The notes under the pieces: model-generated
The model's input: only the letters and a program-made list of their open reading frames with translations
What the model was told of the DNA's origin: nothing
Database searches by the model: none
Program-made: the position numbers and the translations under genes
In this document: in pieces, positions 13,888-26,699 of the stretch
Position numbering within the stretch: the stretch's first letter is position 1
How the letters are laid out: each line of letters begins with the position of its first letter
Origin: Octopus sinensis
Taxonomy: Eukaryota
Reading direction: 5' to 3'
DNA length: 64,000 nucleotides
Assembly (NCBI RefSeq): GCF_006345805.1
Contig: NC_042997.1
Location: forward strand, 27,156,001 to 27,220,000

Positions 13888-14158
13888 CATATGAATGTGA
13901 AACAAGGTGGAATAAAGAGTACTCAAATACCAGAGGTAGAGTAATATACTTTATTAAAAGCAGCAGAAATATAACAAAAGCTGCTACTCAGAGTTTTACG
14001 TTCCCGTTCGTCAGACAATTAACAAAATTGTTCGACGAACGGGAACGTGAAACTCCGAGTAACAGCTTTTGTTATATTTCTGCTGCTTTTAATAAAGTAT
14101 ATTACTCTACCTCTGATATTTGAGCACTCTTTATTCCACCTTGTTTCACATTCATATG
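13888..14158. repeat. 271-bp near-perfect palindrome (133-bp arms, 5-nt loop), probably an inverted Penelope-like terminal repeat
   Basis: Arms 13888-14020 and 14026-14158 differ at 7 positions by manual comparison. Each arm carries a hammerhead-like motif. Confidence 0.85.
14026..14065 (+). ncRNA. Degenerate minimal type-I hammerhead motif (mirror copy on the minus strand in the left arm)
   Basis: tgt-TCGACGA-acg ggaa cgt-GAAA-ctccgaGTA-aca. The mirror copy has an intact CTGACGA but AAAA in place of GAAA. Confidence 0.5.
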
Positions 14159-14264
14159 TCAATCACTATGTTTTGTCATAGAGAAAACTCGCTTTAGACA
14201 AACGGTGTAAATACCAAAATCAGCACGCATCATCACCTACCCGGATTGTGAAATGCAAGATTAT

Positions 14265-14570
14265 TGGAGGCGCAATGGCCCAGTGGTTAGGGCAGCGGAC
14301 TCGCGGTCGGAGGATCGCGGTTTCGATTCCCAGACCGGGCGTTGTGTGTGTTTATTGAGCGAAAACACCTAAAAAGCTCCACGGGGCTCCGGCAAGGGGT
14401 GGTGTGTGACCCCTGTTGTACTCTTTCGCCACAACTTTCTCTCACTCTCTCTTCCTGTTTCTTGAGTAACGCTGCGATAGACTGGCGTCCCATCCAGCTG
14501 GGGGGAACACATACGCCACAGAAACCGAGAAACCGGGCCCATGAGCCTGGCTAGGCTTGAAAAGGGCGAC
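14265..14570 (+). mobile_element. SINE A2
   Basis: Matches 241-545 along its whole length. Confidence 0.85.
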
Positions 14571-14689
14571 GTTTATCGTTTTTTTATCTCTTCTTCAACA
14601 AGAGAAACCGGACAGAGTGCCCTGCGAGCTGATAAGAGAGATTGTCGCTCTTATGATATTCCAGTCATCGTACAATGACTTGTAGCGCT

Positions 14690-14930
14690 AATCCTGAACA
14701 AATTACGGGATGGCAGCGCTAAGGTAATGGTGTGTATAAGTGCAAGTGATGTGTATAAATGCAGCACTAAGTAGTGATATGTATCAATATTCTGTTGTGT
14801 CTAGGGAGAGTCATTTTCTCTTTGTGCCTTATGATTTAACACACTCACCGATATAATTTCCATTTATTTCTTATTTTTATTTTCCTAAAATTTTCGTTGC
14901 GTCTTGCAACCTTTTCAATGACTCTCCCCA
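14690..14930. mobile_element. Repeat remnant, possibly Penelope-like; same family as the 48117-48294 inverted repeat
   Basis: tgttgtgtctagggagagtcatt..tatgatttaacacactcaccg recurs at 48.1-48.3 kb. The minus strand has ttgaaaa-g-gttgc..gcaac-gaaa, a degenerate hammerhead-like core. Confidence 0.4.
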
Positions 14931-16766
14931 GACACTACAGAATATGCTTCAACACACGAACTCATATAAAGGATCTTTCAAACCAAATCCAATAACGAAA
15001 TGTATAATTATTATTATTTCAAATATGCTTGGAATACGTTCGATCCCCGAAGTAAAAGGTAGGATCCGACAAAACTATTGAATGTCTCCGTCAATACCCA
15101 CATGTCTAGAATATATGATGTCTATTGATTTGCTGAAGATCAAAAATAGAACATTTTGGACAGGATCTTCAGAGCTGGGTAAGCTCTACTATTTAACTAA
15201 CTTCAAGCACCATGATGTTCGAAGTAGAGATATTTTGTGACTTTGGCAAATATTAGGCACGCTGTTTTGATGAAGAGTGTCTTATAGAGCCAGTGATGGT
15301 TATGGCTGCAAATATGTGAAATTGGAGGTGGGAATGAAACCAAGATTTTATAATGACTAGATTTATCGACTAGGGTTACGGGTAGTTTTAAACAAACAGA
15401 GTGCACAATAACGTAGATGTTTAAGTTACCAAGGTCAAAAAGAACATCTGGCAGAGGTAAAGTATGGTTACAGAGATGTTCTTGTGTACAATGAACAGAG
15501 ATTGCCGAACTTCTTTTGGCTTGCAGAGCGAAAATCATTAGATATAGCAACAATAATAATTGGATGCCCTGTATATGTGTGAGTGTATATTGCTTTGTTT
15601 TGTGTGTATATAGTTTTGCCTAAATGTGTATGTGTCTCTCATATCTATCCTTTTAACCGTCTACAAAAGATAAACAATTTTTTTTCTAAAATGCAAAATA
15701 TTTTCAATCTGTTTTTATTGCTTGCAATAAAATAAACAACAATGTTTCACTTTGTAATAAGCGCAATTTATGACTGTTTATATTTTCTTTCTTTACAGTC
15801 TTAAACTAGTTCTTTCTACACCTTTGACTCAATTCATTGAAGAATACCCTAAAATATATTTTGTAGCTATATTAATTCTTTTTTTCTTTTACATGTATAT
15901 TATTTTTTTTATATTTTGAAATCGAAATCATTTAGAATTACAGCTAGTTCTATTAAAATTGATTTTAAAAATTCTTGCTTAACAAAATCAATGAAATGAA
16001 ATGAAATGAAAAGTAGTTTCAGAGTCAAACAGAAATTTAAAGAAAAAAATGTCATAGATGCACATAATTTGTTTATTGATACTATAAGCAAATATTTTTA
16101 ATTTTATCGTTACTGAAACGTAAAACACGCCAGGTTGGACATAGCTTCTATTTCTCTTTTGTCGGAAAAAATTAAACACGTGTCATGTAGAGTTCTAGAG
16201 TTATTTGACTATTTCCTCCCCACCTTACAAAACTGTAGCTTTTACAGAAAAGTTAAAGCAGAGAGGTGGACAAAGATGTTGCACTAACTACAACCATGAA
16301 TTATTGTCTCTTACAGTGGCTAGTTTAGAACAGCTAATATTGCTCACGGAAATATTGCTTAGCTGGACACATCATTCGAACCATTGACACTTTCTTCAAT
16401 AGCTAGGTCATCTTATGAGCCTAAATGTTTGTAACAATCATTTCTTGATGCATCTTTAGTGTCTTACTATCATTTTATGTGAATAAATATTATGTTGCTA
16501 TGTCTGTTCTCTTCCTCGGGTTGTTACGTTTATGTACAAATTTATACAATGTAAATATAAACATAGACACCGCAACACCATCACATATATGAATCTATAT
16601 ATGAATGTATTTATGTATGAATGTATGTGTGCATGTATGTACGTACGTGTGTATGTATGTATATACACATATATACATATATATATACATATGTATATAC
16701 ACATATATATACATATACATATGTATGCATGTATATAAACATATATACACACACACACACACACAC

Positions 16767-16820
<54 letters not shown>

Positions 16821-16918
16821 ACATATAGATAAGTATAAATGTAAGCATGTAATCTTATCTTATAATATATGTAAATGTGTGCATATATAATAATACACTA
16901 TTTATAATATACATGCCT

Positions 16919-16962
<44 letters not shown>

Positions 16963-17630
16963 ATATATATATGTGTGTAAATATGTGTGTGTGTGTGTTT
17001 ATACTTGCCTGTGTGTTTTCATAGGTATTATGTATGTGCGAATATGTGCATTACGATCTCTAGACATGTGAGAATTAATAATAACATATATTACGCAACA
17101 GCTTCCGTCACGCATCGATGGGTGTTATAAATTCCAAAATCAAAAATAGTTAAGCTCTCTGAACTTATCATTTTCCACCACTGTTCTTGTTGATGTTCTG
17201 ACGACGACGGCGGCGGCGGCGGCCACGACGACGACGACGACGATCATGATGATAGTGATGATGATGATGATGATGTTCTTAACGTTGTTTAGCGTTGATG
17301 TTGCTGCCGTTGATACTGATACTGCTTCAACTATTGCTGCATCAGCTGTGTGTGTGTCTCTCTTGTTGTCTGTTTGCCAAATAAATATTCCCCACGCTTA
17401 ACTTTCATCCTGCAGATACAGAGAAATACACAACACACATTGGCAATGTTTATTGACCAGAACAAGCCTTTGTTATTCTTTACATTATGGCTTCCTTTAC
17501 ATGTTTGTCGTTCTGCTTACTTTTTCTTCTCTTTTTTTATTTATGTGTCACGTACGTATTTATTTACTGTGTCGTATTTTATTGTAGTAATACGATAACA
17601 ACGACTGCACTGAAGACGACGATGGTGGCC

Positions 17631-17782
17631 CTGACGACTACGACGTCTCTGACGACTACGACGTCTCTGACGACTACGACGTCTCTGACGACTACGACGT
17701 CTCTGACGACTACGACGTCTCTGACGACTACGACGTCTCTGACGACTACGACGTCTCTGACGACTACGACGTCTCTGACGAC
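17631..17782. repeat. Perfect 18-bp minisatellite (ctgacgactacgacgtct) x8.4
   Basis: Eight identical units plus a partial unit; 3 CpG per unit. Confidence 0.95.
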
Positions 17783-17994
17783 GTTGCCGACGACGAATAT
17801 GATGACGACGGCGAAGAAGCTGAAGATGACGATGGTTGGGTACTACGACGGTGGGGATTATACTTTTAGGCAGAAGGTGAATAGGTGAACAGTTGATTAT
17901 AGCGACAGCAACTCTTGACTGGTAGCTCATTTCGTCGATCTCAAAGGGATGGAAGGTAATGTTCTCTGCGGCGTTAATAATAATGGTAATAATA

Positions 17995-18135
17995 GAACTG
18001 TCCTGCACGCCCTAGTCCAGTACCCGAGTAGTGCTGACCTGTGGGTTTATGTCGAACACCTGCTGTCGAGTGCAGAAAGGATCCGGCTACCAGCTGAATC
18101 CATTGTGAGGATTGCCCCGCCGCCCTCTTTTGGGA
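17995..18135 (+). mobile_element. Tx1/L1-type LINE ORF2 C-terminal fragment
   Basis: TVLHALVQYPSSADLWVYVEHLLSS is homologous to the zinc-knuckle regions at 20.8 and 35.2 kb. Confidence 0.65.
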
Positions 18136-19830
18136 GCCTATAGGTGTCACTCTTAGGATGGAGTCTCTGTGTACTATCAACATTTTTCTGGTCTTGGTAA
18201 GCATTTTCCCCACTTCTCTCTTTTACTATTTTATAAATCCGCTCCACGCCGAAATGACGATATCATCCACGTATTAACTGCTTGGATTTTATTTTATCCA
18301 GTCAATTTTGAGCAACACAAACCTTAGTCTTCGGAAATATTCCATCCTCAGTTGCTCTTTCATTTCTTCTTCCATTTTCTTGTTGGACACTTGCACACCA
18401 AGTTATTTGTAACCTTCCGTCTCAATTTGTTCGGTAGTTCTATACCTGCTAGAGACAGCACCTTGCCTCTTTTTTAGGTAGATTATTCCGCACTTCTTGA
18501 TTCCAAATTCCATTCTAATACCAGTACTAAAACAGTGGACCGTGTTAAGCAAGGAACTCACTTGTGTCACAACCTTGATATACAGTCTCAAACTATCCAT
18601 AAAGAGGAGGTGGTTTATTGTTTGTGAATTTCCATTTAATTGGTACCTCAGATTCATTTTCCTAAGTACCAAGATCAGGGGCAACATTCAGAGGAGAAAA
18701 AGCAACGGAGATAGGCTATCACCCTAGAAAATCCCTCTTCTGATACCCAGGGTGCCCAAGACTTTTCCATAAGATATCACTTCAACTTTCCGTCCCACCA
18801 TACTTTTCTTCAGGAAACAAGTTATATTCCTCGCAATTCCAAACAGATCAAAGCACACGGTGATCCACGAACCTGGTAACATATTATAAGCTTTGCGATT
18901 ATCAATCTAGGCCATTCCCAGGTTTGTTCTCATTCGTTTACAATCTTGCATAACCATTTTGTCGATCAATAATTGATCTATAGTACCTCTGCATCTCCTT
19001 CTACAGACATTTTGTTCGGGAGGTAATATATCGTTCTTATGAAGAAATTTATGCAGTTCTTCTGCAATTCCTTTTGACGATAACTTCCACATTAATGGGA
19101 AGCAAGAAATTGGTCTGTAACAGTCAGCAGTATTTCACCTTCATGCGTCCTCCAGACACAACACCGTTCGTCCTTTTGTGGACCAGCCCGGGATTTCAAC
19201 TTCTTCATTAATCAATGCATTACATTGCTCTGCGATCAATTTATGTCAACTACTGAACTTTTTCATCCAAAATCCCTATACACCATCGGGTCCTACTGCT
19301 TTCCGATTGCTTATCTTTTTCCCATATTTCTGACAGCGTCTTCTGTGAAGTGGATAGCCTATTGCTGGGGATAAGAAGCTGTTTGCTTCAGGCTGCAGAA
19401 CCATTCAGTTGCAGTATTGTGTTGTTCATGCATACTCCATATCGTATCCTAAAATCGTTGACTTTCATCAGATTCAGTGACTAAGCTCTCACGTTTTATC
19501 GTCACTAATCTCTTAATAAATTCACTTTGGTCGGTTCTAATCAATTTGTTTTCTCGGTATTGCTTAATCCGTTTTTCAAATTTAGTTAGCTTTGCTTTTC
19601 CTAGCAAGTACTGACACTTCATTGTTCAAGGTGTTTATATCTTCTTAAATTCTCTTTTTCCACCAACGTTGTTTATTTCTTCGTCGCTGTGCTATTCTCA
19701 GTAGTTCTCAATCCCATCCTTTCCGCCACAATCCTACCAGCGACCTTTACAAGATTATTTGTTTGCATAATGTTTTTTGTTTCAAATTGTCTCAATACAT
19801 TATTGACTTTACTCGTCTCTTGATTTAATC
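18135..19830 (-). mobile_element. Decayed Dong/R4-type retrotransposon, RT region
   Basis: [59 protein letters not shown] and LHPKSDTYRL. Confidence 0.85.
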
Positions 19831-19851
19831 TCCATTGGTTTCCATTTCTCC

Positions 19852-20600
19852 ATTATTACTATTATTATTATTATTATTTTCAGTAGTTTATTCTTTATAT
19901 CGTGCTTTCACTTCACTACCGAGCGCAGCTCTGTGTGCCTTAGGTATGTGCTGTTTTGTTTTGAGCTCTGATGGTTATTGTATGGAAAGTGTTCTGCGTA
20001 GGATGTGTGCAGTGCCTAGTAGTGCAATTTTCTGTATGTTATATGTGTTTGTAAGTCCTGGTGTTTTTGTTATGTATTTGTCTGAATATTTTTTTATCAT
20101 GCCTATGCACCTACTATGATAGGAATTGTTTCTGTTTTTAGATTCCACATTCGAGTTACCTCTATTTCCAGGTCTTTGTATTTTGAAAGTTTCCCCATTT
20201 CTTTTAGAGACACGTTGTCATCTGCCGGTATTGATACATCAATTAGAAAGCATTTTTTTCTTCATGATCTCTGACAACTATATCTGGTCTGTTGGCCTTA
20301 ATTTCTCTATCTGTGTGTATCGGCATATCCCAGAGTATGGTTGCTTTCTCGTTTTCTGTGACCTTTTCTGGTGTGTGCCTATACCATCTTTTTTCTGTTG
20401 TTATTCATAATGTTGGCATAGCTTCCAGTGTATGTAGGTTCCAACTCTGTCATGTCTGTGAATATATTCCTTCTTAGCCAGGACTGGGCAGCCAGAGATA
20501 ATATGATTTATTGTTTCTTGTCCATCTCCACATATTCTGCAGTTACTTGTTATATTTCTTTTCATTACGTGTTTTTGGTTTTTTGGTGGGGAGGCTTTGG
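19852..20600 (-). mobile_element. Dong/R4-type retrotransposon 3' end with (TAA)n tail
   Basis: CRICGDGQETINHIISGCPVLAKKEYIHRHDRVG (CCHC), ILWDMPIHTDREIKANRPDIV..LIDVSIP (RLE) and IQKIALLGTAHILRRTL. (AAT)n tail at ~19852-19878. Confidence 0.88.
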
Positions 20601-20602
20601 TC

Positions 20603-20608
20603 TTATTA

Positions 20609-20644
<36 letters not shown>

Positions 20645-20713
20645 TTTATATTATTATTATTATTATTATTATCATTATTATCATTATTATTATTATCATC
20701 GTTATTATTATTA

Positions 20714-20777
<64 letters not shown>
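20603..20777. repeat. (ATT)n microsatellite
   Basis: Directly visible; lies between a Dong-type and a Tx1-type fragment. Confidence 0.95.
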
Positions 20778-20778
<1 letters not shown>

Positions 20779-21520
20779 GGGGGCTCTGCCGGATCGAAAT
20801 AAACGCCACGGGTACGTATGTGCTGTCAGACAGCTGTCCGAGGTGCACGCAGAGTAACGAATCCATTCTGCACGCCCATGTTCAGTATCTGGGTATTACT
20901 GACGTGTGAGTTTATGTCGAAGAGCTTATTCTATGTGAGGACGGACCCGTCTGTCGGCCGAGTCTGTAGTGATGATCACCCCCCACTGCCCTCCTTCTAT
21001 TGGGCAGGCACAGCAGTTTTCTATTGGCCGGTGGCTGTGTCGAAAGAGGTTGTATATTGGACAAGACTGAAAGGCATGAGGACAAATACATTCCTCTTTG
21101 GTAGAGCTCTCATTGACTTCTTCAAGTTTCAATTGAAAAGGAAATTGAGAGTGGAGAGGGAAGTGCAGTTCTGGAGAGAATTTACTGAAAGGTAGGTGAA
21201 AGCTGCGAAAATAGTGTATAAGCTTTGAGTCAGAGATAAGGAATTGGAGAGAGCACTTGCTCTTGGGGTTACAGGGAAATCTCGGACAGTGGGGTTCCTC
21301 GACTACCCCTAGACGCCTTCCTTTATCAGAAGGGCTACATCTCTATTATCCTCTCCTACACGTTTTTTTAATCTTAGTATACTATGCATATATTCGTTCT
21401 TTTTCAGTGTATACCGTGAATACTTACATATTTTTATCATTTCACTATATGCAAACACACTCTATGTCTGTCTTTGTATTGTCCCCCTCAAACTTTGCCC
21501 TTGTGGCAAATATATGAAAT
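20778..21520 (+). mobile_element. Tx1/L1-type LINE, 5'-truncated 3' end with 3' UTR
   Basis: SCPRCTQSNESILHAHVQ and KEVVYWTRLKG..FFKFQLKRKLRVER. The 3' UTR ends ..tgtggcaaatatatgaaat and is followed by a trinucleotide tract. Confidence 0.8.
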
Positions 21521-21630
21521 CATTGTTGTTGTCGTCATCATCATCATCATCGTCGTCGTCATCATCATCATCCTACTCCGAAATGCATGACTTTCTGCCG
21601 TTCATAGAAATCACCAATGGCGCAGAAGAA

Positions 21631-21649
21631 TGTATTATTATTATTATTA

Positions 21650-21699
<50 letters not shown>

Positions 21700-22190
21700 C
21701 ATTGCTTTGCACAGCTTCTAACGCTGGAGATGTACTACGGTGTCAGCTCTTCACTACCAGTGGACTAAGATAACACCTCTTATTTTTCGAGCTCCTTCCG
21801 GAGTATTCGTGCGGTTCCAAGCAGTGCTGTTTTCTGCAAGTGTTCCACCCTTATTGCAGCCCCTATTTCTTCCATATACTTCTTAAGATTTTTACTCACT
21901 GTTCCCAGGGTTCCGATAATTTTTGCTACTACTACCACCTTTTTCATCGACCACAACTGCTTAACCTTCCGAGATAGCCTGTTATATCAATCGAATTTTC
22001 TTTCTTCCTTATCGCATACCTTGTCAGCTGGACATGCTATATCTATGATTCAGCATAGTTTGTTTTCTTTCTCAATTAAGACTATGTTTGGCTTCGTATT
22101 TTCTATCTCATGGGCGCACTGAAACATAAAATCCCATAGGATATTTTGCATAATCATTTACGATGATGCCTTCGGTTTTGTGATCGTATC
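21631..22190 (-). mobile_element. Dong/R4-type retrotransposon 3' end with (TAA)n tail
   Basis: ILWDFMFQCAHEIENTKPNIVLIEKE..IIDIACP and IGTLGTV..LQKTALLGTARILRK. (ATT)n at 21631-21700 is its tail. Confidence 0.82.
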
Positions 22191-22439
22191 AATTTTTTGC
22201 TCTGTCAAGTCCATACTTGTTGCAAAGTGTCCAATAGACAATCCTTGCTATATTGTAGTGGCGTCTAGAAGGATTATTATTATTACATGCGAATTCAATG
22301 ACCCGTCAATTCACCTGACCAAACATTCGAATCCTGATAGTCGAAATCAATGCAGAGCCATTCGATATTTTCTCGTTTTTATTTTTACAATTGCCAATAT
22401 TATTATTATTATTAAATGTAGAAGCAGCAATATGATGCA

Positions 22440-22588
22440 ACCTCAACAACAGCAGCACCTTCACCAGCAGCAGCAGTTGCAACAGTTGTAGTAGTAGTAG
22501 CAGCAGCAGTTGCAACAGTTGTAGTAGTAGTAGCAGCATCAGTAGCAGCAGCAGCGGTAGTAGTAGTTGTAGTAGTAGCAGCAGCAGC

Positions 22589-22639
<51 letters not shown>

Positions 22640-22665
22640 GGTGGTGGTGGTGGTGGTGGTAGTAA

Positions 22666-22699
<34 letters not shown>

Positions 22700-22720
22700 G
22701 GTGGTGGTGGTAGTGGTGGT

Positions 22721-22762
<42 letters not shown>

Positions 22763-22780
22763 TTGTTGTTGTTGTTGTTG

Positions 22781-22816
<36 letters not shown>

Positions 22817-22820
22817 ACAA
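22440..22820. repeat. Compound (CAG)/(TAG)/(TGG)/(TTG) trinucleotide block
   Basis: Directly visible; includes a tandemly duplicated cagcagcagcagttgcaacagttgtagtagtagtag unit. Confidence 0.9.
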
Positions 22821-23659
22821 CAGCGTTATTGTTGATGACTGTGGAAGTTTTGTTGTTATTGTTGTAATTCGTGCTGCTATGGTCGTAGTTGTTTCTGTTT
22901 GTTATTGCAGATGATTATTTTAAAAACATCCTCTGCTTTCAAAATAGATTCAGGTGTAGAAACAAATTAAAAATAACGATGTTCATTGCGTAAGCAAAAA
23001 TAAAAAACTATATTTAAAGTAGAAATACCTTTTTTTGGCTTAAATATATAATGCCGTTTCCGTTTTATTTTTTTTATATATATATATATTTTTTTTTTCG
23101 TATATTTATTTTTAATTAATAGCAGAAGCTCCTCCCCAAAATAAACCTCTGTAAAGCAATGTAGTTGGCTTCTAATTACCTTTGAAAGAAATGACGTCTC
23201 ACTTTATCCCATTTGGCAGTATCACCGAAGCAGCTTTACAAAATGTCTGATGTTTACATACAAATTTAGAAACGCCATTTTGTTATTTTATATTTTCATA
23301 TACAAAAATATATTTCATGTAGCAGAGATGCTGTGCGATTTTGCATCTTCAATGGAGCTGCTCTCTTATTGTAACTATTTGCATTTTGTTTTGTTTCTTT
23401 TTTTAATTAATGTTTCTTTTTGGTTTATCCGAGTTTTCACGGCCTAGTTAAATTTTTCATAACTTTTACTATCACACAAAAGATATCCCTAAGTAATAAT
23501 TTTACTGCCATACATTCACACTTATGTACAATATGCAGGCACACACATACAGACACACATTCACACTAACTATATTGCTTTCCTTTCTATCTCGTGTACG
23601 TGCACACACAAATACGCGCGTACATGTTGTTATTATTATAATTATTATTATTTTTGTTT

Positions 23660-24325
23660 TTCATATATATTCAACAGACTACACTGTTGGAAGTGTGGAG
23701 GCGCAATGGCCCAGTAGTTAGGGCAGCGGACTCGCGGTCATAGGATCGCGGTTTCGATTCCCAGACCGGGCGTTGTGAGTGTTTATTAAGCGAAAACACC
23801 TAAAGCTCCACGAGGCTCCGGCAGGGGATGGTGGTGATCCCTGCTGTACTCTTTCACCACAACTTTCTCTCACTCTTACTTCCTGTTTCTGTTGTACCTG
23901 TATTTCAAAGGGCCGGCCTTGTCACTCTCTGTGTCACGCTGAATATCCCCGAGAACTACGTTAAGGGTACACGTGTCTGTGGAGTGCTCAGCCACTTACA
24001 CGTTAATTTCACGAGCAGGCTGTTCCGTTGATTCGGATCAACCGGAACCCTCGTCGTCGTGACTGACGGATTGCTTCCATCCATCCACACTGTTGGAAAA
24101 AGAAAAGAGTCCTAACATTGGGCTACAAGTAGCCTTACATGCCAAGTATCCTAATTGTCCTTAATAACACTGCTTTCAGGAGCTGTACTAAACTGGGTTT
24201 TATACCTATTTCCTTTATCCATCTGTTCACACCTTTAGAGATAGTTCCCAGTGCACCTTTAACTACTGGGATACCTTTTACCCGCACTTTTCATAGTCTC
24301 TGTAATTCAATAGCTAGGTCCAAGT
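23660..24325 (-). mobile_element. Short Dong/R4-type 3' end interrupted by SINE A1
   Basis: GIPVVKGALGTISKG..LLKAVLLRTIRIL. The 3' UTR ctcaacaga..ctgttggaaaa..tcctaacatt is shared with the 24575 copy. Confidence 0.65.
23693..24086 (+). mobile_element. SINE A1
   Basis: Full length; 12-bp TSD acactgttggaa at 23681-23692 and 24087-24098. Confidence 0.92.
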
Positions 24326-24501
24326 AATTATTATTATTATTATTATTAATATTATTATTATTATTATTATTATTATCATTATTATTATTATTATTATTAT
24401 TATCATTATTATTATTATTATTATCATTATTATATTATTGTTATTATTGTTATTATGATTATTATTTTTATTATCATTATTATTATTATTATTATTATTA
24501 T

Positions 24502-24566
<65 letters not shown>

Positions 24567-24570
24567 TCAT
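24326..24570. repeat. (ATT)n/(AGT)n microsatellite
   Basis: Directly visible. Confidence 0.95.
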
Positions 24571-24574
24571 TATT

Positions 24575-24956
24575 TATGCTCAACAGATTAGACTGTTGGA
24601 AAATATTCCTAACATTAGTCCTAACATTAGTCCTAATCATTACTGATTTACATAGCCTACATTGGGAAGCTACCTGATTTTTTGTTTATCTTGGTTTTAT
24701 CCAATTAACCATCGACTATTGATCTCTTGTACAGCTACTAACAAACTTTCTGTCTCCCTTTTTATGCGACCTTCCATTCTGCAGCCACAGTAATGTCTCT
24801 CTATAAATAATTTCTGCATGTATAGGCGCAGGAGTGGCTGTGTGGTAAGTAGCTTGCTAACCAACCACATGGTTCCGGGTTCAGTCCACTGCGTGGGGCA
24901 AACAAAAACAGATACTAGGAGGCATGCACAGGTACGCACACACATTATATATATAC

Positions 24957-24999
<43 letters not shown>

Positions 25000-26690
25000 G
25001 TGAGTAGCTTGCTAACTAACCACATGGTTCCGGGTTCAGTCCCACTGCGTGGCATCTTGGTCAAGTGTCTTCTGCTATAGCCCCGGGCTGACCAATGCCT
25101 TGTGAGTGGATTTGGTAGACGGAAACTGAAAGAAGCCTGTCGTATATATATAAGTGTGTGTGTATATGTTTGTGTGTCTGTGTTTGTCCCCCCAACATCG
25201 CTTGACAACCGATGCTGGTGTGTTTACGTCCCCGTCACTTAGCGGTTCGGCAAAAGAGACCGATAGAATAAGTACTGGGCTTACAAAGAATAAGTCCCGG
25301 GGTCGATTTGCTCGACTAAAGGCGGTGCTCCAGCATGGCCGCAGTCAAATGACTGAAACAAGTAAAAGAGTAAAAGAGTAAGAGTATGTATCTCTGGAAA
25401 TATACAATGCAAAGCCTCCTCTTCCAATCAGGTAATCCTGGTTCTTTTCCCTGGTTTTTAACTACATTTGGCTTTTCGGTTTCCCTATCTTCTACTGTTA
25501 CTCTCGCAGGTCCAAATAAAATTTCCGCTCCATTACCTACTTAGAATGAGATATCTGCTCTAGCTAACTCTACACAGTCTTCTGAAGATACCAAACTTCT
25601 ACCACCTTCTTTTCTAGAGAAACGTAATCTTGCTACTCCTGCTCTAGGATGAAGTCCTCCTCTGCCTACATTTGCTAATTCAGATTTTTTCCAATCTACT
25701 CATGCTCCTGGATATCAAAGTAAGTTACTGCCCAAGTATTTACAGCCTTCACTGTATTCGGACAATTTAACTTCCACAACTACTCTTCGACTTCTGCTTT
25801 CATTTCTATAGTTACTACTCTGGCAGATTCTAATACTCCTAGATACTTATAACTTTCTCCTTTTAATGTCTGACCATGGGGTAATTTACTGCCGTCACAG
25901 CTGATTACCTATCGCGTTTTCCTGACTAATATTGCACAATTATCTATGCCAAATTCCATACTAATATCTTTGCTGAAGAGTCTTATCGTTTCCATCAAAA
26001 AATCTAACTCTTTTATTCTTACTAACAAGCTTCAGATCATAGTTTTTCATTTACTCCTTCTCCCCTGCTTTTGCTTTTCTTAATAATACAAAACTGAAGG
26101 GGATTAAACATAATACAGTTATTAAATGGGTTAAAGTGTCTCCCACAAAACGTCCTCTCTTGATATTAACTTTAGCTAAGGCTGTATCGCCTGAGTAGAG
26201 ATCTACTTCCCATTTCTTTCTGCTATAGCTACTTAACCCTCTTACGTTGCTTGCAATATTGAGTATGCTTAAACATTCACTTATCCATGAGTTGGAATCA
26301 TGTCATAGGCTTTCTTATAGTCTATCCATACTATTGTTAAATTTTTCTTTCTAGATTTCACTTTGTTTAGAACTGCTTTCTTTATGTATAATAGCTCGTG
26401 TGTTTCTCTGGTCTTCTTCATGCCACCTTCCTGGTCTACTGAAAATAATTTCTGGCTGCCAGGCTGCTCATAAATGCTTTTGAGAGCATTCCTCTAAACA
26501 GCTTCCACACTAAATTTAAGCAAGTGTTTGATCTATAATTACTAATTTTATTACCTTTGCTTTTATTGCTCTTGCATAAGGAGTACTGTTCTCCCTCTAG
26601 TCATCCAATAAGGTATGACACCTCCATTCAAGTAGTCCGGAAATTGTTTCTTCAGTCTCCCATGTAAGCTACTGAAGTTCTTTAGCCAGT
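24575..26690 (-). mobile_element. Decayed Dong/R4-type retrotransposon (RT and thumb, internally deleted 3' part), interrupted by SINE B
   Basis: YWMTRGRTVLL, VWIDYKKAYDMIP, GESYKYLGVLES, GGLHPRAGVARL and EIHAEIIYRETLLWLQNG. The last peptide becomes continuous once the SINE and one atgtat copy are removed. Confidence 0.82.
24824..25385 (+). mobile_element. SINE B with duplicated head and captured insert
   Basis: Head, then ~72 bp identical to 6685-6756, then a second head and full body. Putative TSD atgtat at 24818-24823 and 25386-25391. Confidence 0.85.
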
Positions 26691-26699
26691 ACTCTTGAA

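Noticed and set aside
15203-15553. 116-aa minus-strand ORF containing HCTQEHLCN, reminiscent of the Ly6/three-finger CN motif
   Set aside because: It lacks the rest of the cysteine framework and convincing splice sites; the motif is short enough to be chance.
17631-17782. Regular short repeats as a possible CRISPR array
   Set aside because: Units are contiguous with no spacers, there are no cas genes, and the context is eukaryotic.
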